Below the pieces are notes generated by a model. The model ran no database searches. It was not told the origin of the DNA and worked only from the letters and a program-made list of their open reading frames with translations. Source: Candidatus Aenigmatarchaeota archaeon (GTDB lineage: Archaea > Aenigmatarchaeota > Aenigmatarchaeia > QMZP01). From it: a stretch of DNA of 64,000 bases. The position numbers were made by a program, and so were the translations under genes. The stretch covers positions 88,932-152,931 of the forward strand of contig JACQII010000016.1 of assembly GCA_016198585.1 (NCBI GenBank). The letters run 5' to 3'. This document shows positions 52,439-61,734 of the stretch, one piece after another (within the stretch, counting starts at the first letter, position 1; each line of letters starts with the position of its first letter).

Positions 52439-52669
52439 CTACTTGAGTTTAGGCAGCTTGATGAGGACCTTGCACTGCTCGCAGCGGACCGCCAACGGCC
52501 GTTTGAAGGCCTGGCGAACCTTCCCGCTGGACAGGCATTCCGGGCAGGTGTACTCGCCCTCGAGCAGGTCCGACCCGGTCTTCACGGCGACCTTGACCCT
52601 TCCGGTTTCCTTGCCGGCCTTGCTCAGGCAGGTGCGGTTGCTGACGTAGCGGTAGACGCTCATAGCCAT
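52439..52669 (-). CDS. Small zinc-ribbon protein (76 aa)
   Basis: CPEC...CEQC pairs are present in a basic protein. No family is assigned. Confidence 0.4.
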   Translation of the reverse strand: MAMSVYRYVSNRTCLSKAGKETGRVKVAVKTGSDLLEGEYTCPECLSSGKVRQAFKRPLAVRCEQCKVLIKLPKLK

Positions 52670-52702
52670 CCTCTACCGCGTTGAAGCGCCTCTATAAAAA
52701 GA

Positions 52703-53635
52703 TTACGGCCCCACTTTAAATAGTCCCGGCTTGACCCGGACGGTCATGAAGTCTCGGGCGGCGATGGAGTCAGGAAAGATGGCCCGGGCTTTCTTCTCCA
52801 GGTCGGTGACGTCCTGGTACCGGCGGGAGAAGTGGGTGAGGATCAGATGCTGGACACCCGCCTCTTTGGCCGCGCGGGCAGCTTCTTCAGCGCCCGCGTG
52901 CATCTTGGTCTCGTCCTCCGATTCAAAGGTCGAGTCGTGGATCACTACATCTGCCCCGTGGGCGATGGTCTGGAGGTTCGGGCAGGCCCGGGTGTCGCCG
53001 GTGTAGACGGCCTTGACGCCCTTCTTGACCACCGCGACCTCGTCGAGCCGGACGGTCTTGCCCTTGACCGTGACCGATCCCTTCTCCTTGAGCTGGCCCA
53101 CCAGCCTGCCCTGCGTCAGGCCGTAGAGCTTCTGGGCCTTCTCGATGTCCACGTTGATCTTGTCCCGCTCCTTGAAGCAGTACATCACCGCGGGGACCGA
53201 GTGCCGCGCGGGGATCGAGAGGATCTCGAAGTCCTCGGTCTGGTAGAGCGTCGTGACCTCTTCGCCCTCGAACGGGACGTCGACCGGCAGCACGCGGAAC
53301 CGCGGGGCCCAGTAGCCGAGCTCGAGGATGTTCTCGACAAACCGATCGGCTTCCGGCCCGTAGACGCGCAGCGGCTCCTTCCTGCCCTCAAGGTTCATGG
53401 TCTGGATCAGCCCGATCAGTCCGGCCCAGTGGTCAGCGTGCCAGTGGCTGATGAAGATCCGCTCGAGCTTCATGAAGCTGAGCCGGGCCTTCATCATCTG
53501 CAGCTGCGTGCCTTCGCCGCAGTCGAAGAGGAACGGTTCCGCGCGTTCGCTCGCGTAGTGCATCCAGATGGCGGCCAGGCTGCGCGTCTTGGAGGGAACG
53601 GCGCTGCCGGTCCCCAGGAACACGATCTCCAGCAT
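52703..53635 (-). CDS. rnz: Ribonuclease Z (tRNase Z)
   Basis: MLEIVFLGTGSAVP is the start. The metallo-beta-lactamase motif HWHADHW (HxHxDH) is present, with C-terminal His motifs. The internal ATG is at 53635. Confidence 0.85.
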   Translation of the reverse strand: MLEIVFLGTGSAVPSKTRSLAAIWMHYASERAEPFLFDCGEGTQLQMMKARLSFMKLERIFISHWHADHWAGLIGLIQTMNLEGRKEPLRVYGPEADRFVENILELGYWAPRFRVLPVDVPFEGEEVTTLYQTEDFEILSIPARHSVPAVMYCFKERDKINVDIEKAQKLYGLTQGRLVGQLKEKGSVTVKGKTVRLDEVAVVKKGVKAVYTGDTRACPNLQTIAHGADVVIHDSTFESEDETKMHAGAEEAARAAKEAGVQHLILTHFSRRYQDVTDLEKKARAIFPDSIAARDFMTVRVKPGLFKVGP

Positions 53636-53696
53636 ACCCTGATATGGGATCCGCGGCCTTAAAAGGGGTGGTTGGCGCCAGCGCGGGTCGGGACGC

Positions 53697-56021
53697 TCAC
53701 GCCAGCTGCACGGCAGGCTCTCCCCGCGCGACCTGCTGGACCCCGTGCGTTTCCACAAGCTCTTGCTCGATCGACGCGAACGCCGCGGGGACCGTCAGAA
53801 GCGCGACCGGCGCCTTCAGGGAGAGGCCGCGGTCTTTCTTGGCCTTCCAGATCATGCTATCCAGTTGCAGGAGCTGGTCGGTGGTGAACGGCAGTTTCCT
53901 GGCAGCGGGCGGTTTCGGGAACGGCTGCCCCGTGACCGGGCTGCCGTAGAGTTCGCGATGGAGGTAATCGGTGATGAACGGCGTGATTGGGGAGAGCAGC
54001 TGCAGCAGCGCCCGCAGGCAGGTGTGGAGGGTCTGGATCGCGGCGGCGTCGCCCCGGTAGGCCCGCACCTTGGCCAGCTCGAGGTAGTGCGGCGCGAAGA
54101 CGTTCCAGAGGAACGTGCGGATCGCGGTCGCGGGGACGAAGAAATTCAGGTCGTCGTACCCGGCCTTGCACTGCTTCACCAGGCTGGCGAGTTCGTTGAG
54201 GATCCATTGATCGAGCGGCCGGACTGCTGCAGGTTCCTTGGACTGGAAAGGCGCGATGAACCGGACCGTGTTCCAGAGCTTGGTGAGGAACTTGCCTGCG
54301 CCCACGATCCGGTCTTCAGAGCAGCGGAAGTCTGACCCGAGCGACGTTTCCTGGGCGCACCAGAAGCGGAACTGGTCAGCCCCGTACTTCTCCAGAATGG
54401 GGATCGGGTCGATGACGTTGCCCTTGGACTTGGACATCTTCTCTCCCTTCTCATCGACGCCGTAGCCCATGATCCAGGCCCGTGCGAACGCCCGCTTCCC
54501 CGTCAGCTGGTGGCACCGCAGCAGCGAGTAGAACAGCCAGGTCCGGATGATGTCCTTGGCCTGCGGCCGGACGACTGTCGCGGCGAGCTTGCGGTGCAGG
54601 CCCTTGTCGGTGAAGTAGCCGGTCACCACCAGAGGAGAGATGGAAGAGTCCATCCAGGTGTCGAACGTCCGGTCCTCGCCCACGAAGCGGTCGTTGCCGC
54701 ACTTCGTGCAGGCCGCGAACGGGGCAGTGTCCTTCCAGGGTTGGACATAGCTCCCGGGTGTGGGGAGGTGCGGATGCCGGCAGGCAGCGCAGTACCAGAT
54801 CGGGATCTCCGTCGCGTAGAAGCGGCGCCGGGAGATCGGCCAGTCCATGGTCACCGCAGCGATCCAGTCGAGCAGGATCTGGCGGTGCGCTTCCGGGTGG
54901 AAGCCCATCTCCTGCGCGTACTGTTTCAGGACCGGGAGGAACTCGACCTGCTTGAGGTAGTACTCGGGCATGGCGATGTACTCGATCTCGTGCTTCGACC
55001 GCTCGCAGACCGGCGTCTGGTGGTTGATCTGCTCTTCCTTCGCCAGGACGCCGAGCTTCCGGAGCTCGTCGCTGATGCGCTCGCGGGCCTTCCGGACCGA
55101 GAGCCCGACCAGAGGGCCGGCCTTGTCGTTCATCCTGCCTTCCTCGGTGATGCAGACATCGTAGGGGATGCCCATCTCGCGCAGGAAGCGGACGGCATTG
55201 AGGTCTCCTGCGGAGCGGGACATGTACATGAGGCCGCTCCCGAAGGCTGGGTCGGCGATCGGGTGGGAAATGATGGGAATCTCGAGGTTGTAGAACGGGA
55301 CCAGGGCAGTCTTCCCTTCCAGGGAGTGGTAGCGCTCGTCGCGGGGGTTGAAGACTACCAACGCAGCGGTGCAGAGGAGCTCAGGCCGGGTGGTGGCGAT
55401 GGTGATCTGTTGGCCGGTCTCCTTGACGCGGAACTCGACGTGGTTGAGGAAGGTCGGGATCTCCTTGTAGCCGACTTCATTGTCCGACACCGTCGTCATG
55501 CAGCCCGGACACCAGTTGTTGAGGCGGGAGTCCTCGTAGATCAAGCCGCGCTTCCAGAGGTCGATGAAGGTCGCCTGCGTCCGTGACCGGTATTCAGGGC
55601 TGTCCGTCCGATAGACGTGGGCAAAGTCGCCGGAGAGTCCCATGGTCTTCATGATCGAGAGCATCTCGGCTTCCAGGTCGTCCAAGGCTGTCCTGCATGC
55701 CGCGACGAACTGCTCGCGCGGCGTCGTGTGGAGGGAAATCCCGAGCTTCTTCTCCGTGTACATCTCGACGGGGACACCGTTCCGGTCGATGCCGATCGGG
55801 AAGCGCACATTCCACCCCAGCAACCGGGAGGCGCGGGCGATCATGTCAATCTGCGCGTAATGAGCCGCTGCGCCAATGTGCCAAGGCCGGCCGCTGGGAT
55901 ACGGAGGGGGGGTGTCGATCGTGAGGGTTTTCCCCTTTCTCTCGGGATGTGGCTCGCGCTGCCACCGCTGCAGCATTTCGGATTCGAGGGATTTGCTCCA
56001 AGCCTTCGCGGTCAACTCCAT
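53697..56021 (-). CDS. valS: Class I aminoacyl-tRNA synthetase, most likely valyl-tRNA synthetase
   Basis: PPPYPSGRPWHIGAAAHY is a HIGH-like motif and KMSKSKGNVIDP is the KMSKS motif. At 774 aa the length and domain order fit archaeal ValRS. LeuRS is already present elsewhere in the window. Confidence 0.65.
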   Translation of the reverse strand: MELTAKAWSKSLESEMLQRWQREPHPERKGKTLTIDTPPPYPSGRPWHIGAAAHYAQIDMIARASRLLGWNVRFPIGIDRNGVPVEMYTEKKLGISLHTTPREQFVAACRTALDDLEAEMLSIMKTMGLSGDFAHVYRTDSPEYRSRTQATFIDLWKRGLIYEDSRLNNWCPGCMTTVSDNEVGYKEIPTFLNHVEFRVKETGQQITIATTRPELLCTAALVVFNPRDERYHSLEGKTALVPFYNLEIPIISHPIADPAFGSGLMYMSRSAGDLNAVRFLREMGIPYDVCITEEGRMNDKAGPLVGLSVRKARERISDELRKLGVLAKEEQINHQTPVCERSKHEIEYIAMPEYYLKQVEFLPVLKQYAQEMGFHPEAHRQILLDWIAAVTMDWPISRRRFYATEIPIWYCAACRHPHLPTPGSYVQPWKDTAPFAACTKCGNDRFVGEDRTFDTWMDSSISPLVVTGYFTDKGLHRKLAATVVRPQAKDIIRTWLFYSLLRCHQLTGKRAFARAWIMGYGVDEKGEKMSKSKGNVIDPIPILEKYGADQFRFWCAQETSLGSDFRCSEDRIVGAGKFLTKLWNTVRFIAPFQSKEPAAVRPLDQWILNELASLVKQCKAGYDDLNFFVPATAIRTFLWNVFAPHYLELAKVRAYRGDAAAIQTLHTCLRALLQLLSPITPFITDYLHRELYGSPVTGQPFPKPPAARKLPFTTDQLLQLDSMIWKAKKDRGLSLKAPVALLTVPAAFASIEQELVETHGVQQVARGEPAVQLA

Positions 56022-56027
56022 GGATCC

Positions 56028-56468
56028 TCACCGCTGGGCGTACTTCTTGAGCAGGCGGTCAGCCTCATCCTTCAGGATCCCGGCGCGGACCTGGAGGCGC
56101 CGACCGATGCCGTTCTGCTCGAGAATGGAGAACGTTTCGGTCACGCCGTACTCCCGGTGCTGGGCCCCGTAGACGACCTTCCCGATCTTGGCGTAGAGCA
56201 GCGCCTGGGCGCACATGAGGCAGGGCTCGACCGTGGTGTAGAGCGTGCAGCCCGTGAGAAAGCGCGATTGCAGCCGGCGGCAGGCGTTGCGGATGGCTAT
56301 CATCTCCCCGTGCTGCGTGGGATCGTTCTCCGACAGGACCTCGGACCAGCCGCTGCCTACGATCTCGCCGTTCTTGATGATGACTGTCCCGGCGGGGTAG
56401 TTGCCTTCGGTGAGGGCTTTGCGGGCCTCTTGCATGGCGAGGCCCATGAACTCCTCATCTTGGTCCAT
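56028..56468 (-). CDS. CMP/dCMP-type (TadA/guanine deaminase-like) zinc deaminase
   Basis: The zinc-binding motifs HGEMIAI (H[AC]E) and PCLMC are present in a 146-aa protein. Confidence 0.7.
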   Translation of the reverse strand: MDQDEEFMGLAMQEARKALTEGNYPAGTVIIKNGEIVGSGWSEVLSENDPTQHGEMIAIRNACRRLQSRFLTGCTLYTTVEPCLMCAQALLYAKIGKVVYGAQHREYGVTETFSILEQNGIGRRLQVRAGILKDEADRLLKKYAQR

Positions 56469-56558
56469 GCGAATACTTCACCCATGACCTTAAGAATGTT
56501 GCTGCGGCCGTCCCGGAGATCGGCGGGCTCTTTTTAATCCCGGACGCCAATCCGATGC

Positions 56559-56963
56559 ATGGCTACCATCCGGCAGACCGTCAGCTTCAAGGCCAGCCCG
56601 CACGCCGTGTATGAAGCCCTGATGGACACCAAGCAGCACGCAGCCTTCACCGGCGCTCCGGCCAGGATCAGCCGCAAGGTCGGCGGGAAGATCTCGGCCT
56701 ACGACGGTTGGATCGAAGGCAGGAACCTGGAGCTGGTCAAGGACAAGAAGATCGTCCAGGAGTGGCGCGGCGCAGATTGGCCTTCTGGAGTGGTCTCGAC
56801 CGCTACCTTTTCATTGGCCCGCGCGCCCGGCGGCACGAGGCTGACGTTCGCCCAGACCGGCGTGCCCCGCGAGCAGGCGCAGGCCATCGCCGACGGCTGG
56901 CATGAGCACTACTGGCACCCGATGAAAGCGATGCTTGAGAGGGACGCATCCCATGGACCATAA
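56559..56963 (+). CDS. SRPBCC (AHSA1/polyketide-cyclase-like) family protein
   Basis: The 134-aa protein begins IRQTVSFKASPHAVYEALMD... and shows the fold signature. Confidence 0.55.
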   Translation: MATIRQTVSFKASPHAVYEALMDTKQHAAFTGAPARISRKVGGKISAYDGWIEGRNLELVKDKKIVQEWRGADWPSGVVSTATFSLARAPGGTRLTFAQTGVPREQAQAIADGWHEHYWHPMKAMLERDASHGP

Positions 56964-57378
56964 GCAGGCAGCGGAGAAGAGAGCGCGAACGTTGCTGCAG
57001 AACAACACGCTCTGCGTCCTGGCGACTGCCACGCTCCGCGGCAAGCCTGAGGCTGCGACGGTCCTCTATGCAGAGGGCCGGGACATGAACGTGTATATCC
57101 AGACCTCATTCGAGCATCGGAAGTATGCGCATCTGAAGGCAAATCCGCAGGCCAGCGTGGTGGTGACCGAGGCCCCGTACACGCTCCAGATGGACGGGAG
57201 CATGCAGGAACTCTCAGGACCCGCCGCCGAAAGGGCTAAGACCCTGCTCATTGCGAAGCGCGGTCCCAGCAGATTCGATGCGTCCCCGCGGGCATACTTC
57301 CGCTTCACGCCGAACTGGATCCGAGTCCTTCTGGATCCGAAAGCGTGGCCTCCCCTCTATGTCGTGATAAAGGGATAG
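56953..57378 (+). CDS. Pyridoxamine 5'-phosphate oxidase-family (FMN-binding split-barrel) protein
   Basis: LLQNNTLCVLATATLRGKPEAATVLYA is a typical PNPOx-like N-terminus. Confidence 0.55.
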   Translation: MDHKQAAEKRARTLLQNNTLCVLATATLRGKPEAATVLYAEGRDMNVYIQTSFEHRKYAHLKANPQASVVVTEAPYTLQMDGSMQELSGPAAERAKTLLIAKRGPSRFDASPRAYFRFTPNWIRVLLDPKAWPPLYVVIKG

Positions 57379-57429
57379 CTTGCCGTGCCGCGTTGAAGAA
57401 AACAAAAATAAAGAAGAAAAAAGAACCGC

Positions 57430-57810
57430 TTACTTCTTGATGGTCTCCCAGAGGCCGACCTCGTTGCCTTCCGTGTCCACGAAGCGCGCGTAGAAGCCCA
57501 TGTCGCCGACCGTCTGTTTCGGCAGCGTCACCCGGCCGCCTGCTGCCTGGACCTTCTTCAGGTAGGCGTCGACCGACTTGACGTCGATGATCACCACCGG
57601 TCGCTCGCCGCCCTGGCGCTTGAAGAACCCGCCGTTGATCGCGCCCGGTTCCTTGGGCATCCGGGTCTGCTTGTCGACGTCCACCGTCGTGGCCATCCAG
57701 TATGGCATCCCGGGAACCTCGTCCACTTTCCAGCCGAAGGTCTTCTCGTAGAACTTCTTCGCCCGCGCGGGATTGTCCACGGGAATCTCGAAATGCACAA
57801 CCTTATCCAT
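57430..57810 (-). CDS. VOC-family (glyoxalase/bleomycin-resistance) protein
   Basis: VVHFEIPVDNPARAKKFYEKTFGW is present in a 126-aa protein. Confidence 0.7.
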   Translation of the reverse strand: MDKVVHFEIPVDNPARAKKFYEKTFGWKVDEVPGMPYWMATTVDVDKQTRMPKEPGAINGGFFKRQGGERPVVIIDVKSVDAYLKKVQAAGGRVTLPKQTVGDMGFYARFVDTEGNEVGLWETIKK

Positions 57811-57876
57811 AATTCACCTCCCGTCCTTTTCTCTCCATTCCATGCTATAAAAAGATTGCGGATGCACCGGGCCGGA

Positions 57877-57893
57877 GGGGCCGCTTGCGGCCC
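57877..57893 (-). terminator. Perfect hairpin GGGCCGC-TT-GCGGCCC downstream of the Lrp-like gene
   Basis: A 7-bp inverted repeat is seen directly, 20 nt after the minus-strand gene end at 57914. A terminator role is inferred. Confidence 0.3.
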
Positions 57894-57913
57894 TTGGACC
57901 TGTCTGTGGGCTT

Positions 57914-58849
57914 TCAGAGGGGCATGAGGTCGATCGAGACGTCCTCGAAGATGGGGATGATCTCGTAGTTGTCTATGAGGTCGAACTTGTCCCGCAGGTC
58001 GATGATGAGCTGCTGCAGACTCTCATTGTCCTCTATCCGCACGTGCACCAGGAGGTTCCATACGCCGAACATCCTGACTGCCTGCGTGACCGATTCAGTC
58101 CTTTCGAGGTAGTGGATCAGCTTGTTCTCTCTTTCCTTCGCATAGTCCTTGAAGGAGAAGAGAACGAGGAAGGGCTTCCTATCTTCCGTTCTCATGAACA
58201 TCCGATAGCCGAGGATGACATTCGCCCTTTCCATCGCCTTGACCCTATTTATGATCGTCTTGTAGGATACCTGTTTTTCGCGGGAGATCTCCAAGGACGA
58301 TAATCTGCAATTCTCCTTCAGCTTGCTGAGGATGAAATGGTCGAGGCCATCGATATCTGTATGCTTATCCTGGTATCCGTAGGTCATGGTGTGGTAGTCT
58401 TTGCTGAGAAATTTGTGCCGGTAGACGTAATGATTCAAACCATAGCAACTGGTATAGTTCTTGACCAGCCCGGGAAATCGTGCATTGAACTTTTCCATGA
58501 AGTTGTCGAATGCCGCAAAGTCGAAGACGAATAGCACGACGTGCAGATCGTATGCGCCACCAGTCCGCGCGGACCAGTAGACCCCTTTCTGGCCGCCCAG
58601 GTAGTCAAAGACCTCCTTGCTGGAGTAGGTGCTCGAATTGAACGTGAAAAACACCCTGTAGTGTTCCTGCTTCAGGGCCTTGAGGTTGATGATGGCTCCT
58701 ATTTTCGTGATGCGTTTCTCGACGATCATCCTCCTTATCCGGTAGTCTGCAACCTGCTGGGAAATGCGTAACTTTCTCGCGAGCTTTGCGACCGGCGTTC
58801 GCGGATGGGAGTCCAGTTCAGCCAGAATCTTCGTATCAATTCTGTCCAT
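57914..58849 (-). CDS. Tandem-duplicated Lrp/AsnC-family transcriptional regulator (two HTH_AsnC + RAM-like modules), low-GC
   Basis: HTH 1 is MDRIDTKILAELDSHPRTPVAKLARKLRISQQVADYRIRRM. HTH 2 is LDHFILSKLKENCRLSSLEISREKQVSYKTIINRVKAMERANVILGY. There is a RAM-like C-terminus. GC is about 45%. Confidence 0.6.
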   Translation of the reverse strand: MDRIDTKILAELDSHPRTPVAKLARKLRISQQVADYRIRRMIVEKRITKIGAIINLKALKQEHYRVFFTFNSSTYSSKEVFDYLGGQKGVYWSARTGGAYDLHVVLFVFDFAAFDNFMEKFNARFPGLVKNYTSCYGLNHYVYRHKFLSKDYHTMTYGYQDKHTDIDGLDHFILSKLKENCRLSSLEISREKQVSYKTIINRVKAMERANVILGYRMFMRTEDRKPFLVLFSFKDYAKERENKLIHYLERTESVTQAVRMFGVWNLLVHVRIEDNESLQQLIIDLRDKFDLIDNYEIIPIFEDVSIDLMPL

Positions 58850-58940
58850 GCATGAGTTGGAATATTTTTCTTTAAAAAGGTTCTTATATACAAAAATAGA
58901 GACCCTACATTCCTATAAAATAGGAACGCCTATTCTGGAC

Positions 58941-59597
58941 ATGAGAATCAGGGTTCAAAACGTGGAATATGAATTGGGCGGCGGGGATGTACGATCGGGT
59001 GGGGTTGTACGACCGTTTAGGGTGAGTTTTGACACAGGAGACCGATATTTCCGTCTGAAATTATCTGCCACAGGCTCTCTCTACGTCAATAATGAAGGCC
59101 GGTTCTCAGATAAAAGAAAGGGCAAAATGCGGTACAGCGATGATCCAGGATTGAACGATGGTAGTCTCCTCTCAAACCCTTATTTGGAACTAAAGCTCTC
59201 TGATTTCTCCCCACACGAAGAGATGACCGCACACTGGAAGAGTGTTCGTTCACACTTTGTGGAAGATAAGGACTCCTCAGAACCGATACGTGGAAAGTCT
59301 CTTGACAGAAGATTCCCCTCTGAAGGATGTCTCTATGTCGATGGGCATCCATGGGAACAGCACTACAAGCATGGCAGGCATCATTATTATCTAAGAAAGG
59401 ACGGGCTACTGATCGAGGATACAAAGACGATACAGCTTCTGGAAAGAGAGCAGCCTGAGACTGTTCTGGAACTGATGAAATTCATAGCGGCGGCGAGACC
59501 TCCGCGGGAGGCTCTGGAGTCCATTCGTATGAGGAGATGGAAGATGTCGAGCGCTGAGACTTTGAGTCTAGGAGTGGGGAGCAGGCTGGTGTCGTGA
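58941..59597 (+). CDS. Hypothetical protein, paralog A of a tandem pair (218 aa)
   Basis: MRIRVQNVEYELGGGDVR...NPYLELKLSDFSPHEEMTAHW...RFPSEGCLYVDGHPWEQHYKHGRHHYYL...QPETVLELMKFIAAARPPREALES. No family is recognised. AT-rich TATA-like boxes lie upstream ('TTCTTATATACA' and 'CCTATAAAATAGG'). Confidence 0.5.
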   Translation: MRIRVQNVEYELGGGDVRSGGVVRPFRVSFDTGDRYFRLKLSATGSLYVNNEGRFSDKRKGKMRYSDDPGLNDGSLLSNPYLELKLSDFSPHEEMTAHWKSVRSHFVEDKDSSEPIRGKSLDRRFPSEGCLYVDGHPWEQHYKHGRHHYYLRKDGLLIEDTKTIQLLEREQPETVLELMKFIAAARPPREALESIRMRRWKMSSAETLSLGVGSRLVS

Positions 59598-59603
59598 TAT
59601 CCT

Positions 59604-60272
59604 ATGCAAATCAGAGTTCAGAATGTCGATTATGAATTGAGCGGCGGGATCGTAAGGCCGTCGAGGGTCCACCTTCATGTCGGTGGATTGTATCAATTCA
59701 GCATGAGTCTGACCGGAGACGGTTCACTACATGTAAACAATGGACACCTCATCCCAAAGAAGAGGAAGGGCGAGATACAGTTTGACGACCAGGACTGGAA
59801 TGACGGCAGAGGCTTCATGTGCAACCCGTACCTTGAGCTGCAGCTGTCTGACCTGCCTCCGTTTGAAGAGGTGATTGAACATTGGAGAACCGTTCGCCCA
59901 CACTTCCTAGAGCGGAGACCCTACGGCGTTCCTATGGGTGGCCATATCTCAACAACGTACACCTATCCGGACGGGAGGAGTGTCAGGCGCGACGCAAAAG
60001 GGGACCCGACGAAGCTGATCAGAGGGAGGCCATTTGACACGAGATTCCCCTCCGACGGATGCACGTACATAGAAGGCCATCCGTTTGAACAGCACTACCG
60101 GCACGGCAGGCACGATTACTATCTGGAAAAGGGATCGGTGATGGTCGAGGACGAGAGAACGATCCAAGATCTGGAAGGGGAGCAGCCGGAGGCTGTCCTG
60201 GAGCTGTTGAAGTTCATCTCGTCGGCAAAGACTCCCCGCGAGGCCCTCGAATCGTTCGTTGTTCCGCGCTAG
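59604..60272 (+). CDS. Hypothetical protein, paralog B of the tandem pair (222 aa)
   Basis: MQIRVQNVDYELSGGIVR...NPYLELQLSDLPPFEEVIEHW...RFPSDGCTYIEGHPFEQHYRHGRHDYYL...QPEAVLELLKFISSAKTPREALES. It is about 50% identical to paralog A and starts 7 nt after it. Confidence 0.5.
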   Translation: MQIRVQNVDYELSGGIVRPSRVHLHVGGLYQFSMSLTGDGSLHVNNGHLIPKKRKGEIQFDDQDWNDGRGFMCNPYLELQLSDLPPFEEVIEHWRTVRPHFLERRPYGVPMGGHISTTYTYPDGRSVRRDAKGDPTKLIRGRPFDTRFPSDGCTYIEGHPFEQHYRHGRHDYYLEKGSVMVEDERTIQDLEGEQPEAVLELLKFISSAKTPREALESFVVPR

Positions 60273-61690
60273 TACGCCTTCGCGAAGTAGACCTGGATCC
60301 CGGGCTTGCCGCAGATCACGCAGTCCTGGGAGATCGGTTCGAACGGAACCACCCGGATGTCGGCCCCGGTCTTGTCCTTGACATGGTCTTCGCATGTCCT
60401 GGACTGGCACCATCCAGCAACGAGGAAGCCCCGCTTCTCCTCGAGCGTCTTCTCGAGGTCTTTGAACGACTGGACATGGTGGGTCTGGTCGGCGAGCAGC
60501 TTCTTCGCGCGCTTCAGGAGGGCGTGCTGGATGTCCTCGAGGATTTCGGCCACCGCTGCATGGAGCGTGGCGAGCGGGACCGCGGATTTGGCGCCGGTGT
60601 CACGCCGGACCAGGACCGCTTGTCGCTTCTCCAGATCCTTGGGCCCGACCTCGATCCGCAGGGGGACGCCCTTCATTTCCCACTCGTTGAACTTCCAGCC
60701 CGGACTGTACCCGTCGCGGTCGTCGACGTGGACACGAACTGCCAGGGTCTCTGCCAGTCGCCGCGCCTCCTTGAGGACCACCGCTTTCGTGTCATCTTTG
60801 AAGATCGGCACGATGACGGCCTGGTACGGTGCCACCGCAGGCGGGAGGATGAGACCCCGGTCGTCGCCGTGCGTCATGACGACCGCGCCGATGAGCCGGG
60901 TGGAGACTCCCCATGAGGCCTGCCACGCGAACTGCCGCTGCTGGTTCTGGTCCAGGAACGCGATATCGAAGGCCTTGGAGAAGTTCTGGCCCAGGTGGTG
61001 GGAGGTCCCCATCTGCAGCGCCCGGCCGTCGGGCATCATGGCCTCGATGCACGTCGAGGTGGCCGCGCCCGCGAACTTTTCCCGCTCGGTCTTCCTTCCG
61101 AGGACGACGGGCACGGCCAGGACCTCCTCCGCGAGCTGCCGGTAGAGCTCAAGGACGGCCAGGACTTCGCGCATCGCCTCGTCCTCGGTCGCGTGGACGG
61201 TGTGGCCCTCCTGCCAGAGGAACTCGCAGGTCCGCAGGAAGAGCTTCGTACTCTTGATCTCCGCGCGGAAGACCGAGTTCCAGTAGTTGTAGAGAATGGG
61301 CAGGTCTCTCCAGGAGCGGACCCACTTTGCGTACGCGTCGTAGATCACCGTCTCGCTCGTCGGCCGGAGGACCAGCCGCTCGTCGAGCTTCCCGCTGCCC
61401 GATTCGGTCACCAGGAACATCTCCGGTGCGAAGCCCTCGACATGCTCTTTCTCCTTGCGGAGGAACCGCTCAGGAATCAGCGCAGGGGCGTAAGCGTTGA
61501 CGTGGCCGGTCCTGAAGAGCATCGCGTTGAACACGGCCTGGATCTGCTCCCAGATCCCGTAGCCGTACGGCCGGATGAACATGAACCCTTTGACCGCGGA
61601 GAAGTCAGCGAGACCGGCCTTGAGCACGGCTTCGTTGTACCACTCGGAGAGGTCGGCCTTCTTGCAGGTGATGCCCTCTTGTTCAGCCAT
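60269..61690 (-). CDS. proS: Prolyl-tRNA synthetase (archaeal/eukaryotic type)
   Basis: Class II motifs are present with a C-terminal zinc-binding domain ending ...VICGKPGIQVYFAKAY, in a 473-aa protein. Confidence 0.9.
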   Translation of the reverse strand: MAEQEGITCKKADLSEWYNEAVLKAGLADFSAVKGFMFIRPYGYGIWEQIQAVFNAMLFRTGHVNAYAPALIPERFLRKEKEHVEGFAPEMFLVTESGSGKLDERLVLRPTSETVIYDAYAKWVRSWRDLPILYNYWNSVFRAEIKSTKLFLRTCEFLWQEGHTVHATEDEAMREVLAVLELYRQLAEEVLAVPVVLGRKTEREKFAGAATSTCIEAMMPDGRALQMGTSHHLGQNFSKAFDIAFLDQNQQRQFAWQASWGVSTRLIGAVVMTHGDDRGLILPPAVAPYQAVIVPIFKDDTKAVVLKEARRLAETLAVRVHVDDRDGYSPGWKFNEWEMKGVPLRIEVGPKDLEKRQAVLVRRDTGAKSAVPLATLHAAVAEILEDIQHALLKRAKKLLADQTHHVQSFKDLEKTLEEKRGFLVAGWCQSRTCEDHVKDKTGADIRVVPFEPISQDCVICGKPGIQVYFAKAY

Positions 61691-61734
61691 AAGGGTACTG
61701 GCATCTTTTTGTACTCCGACATCTTAAATGCGGT

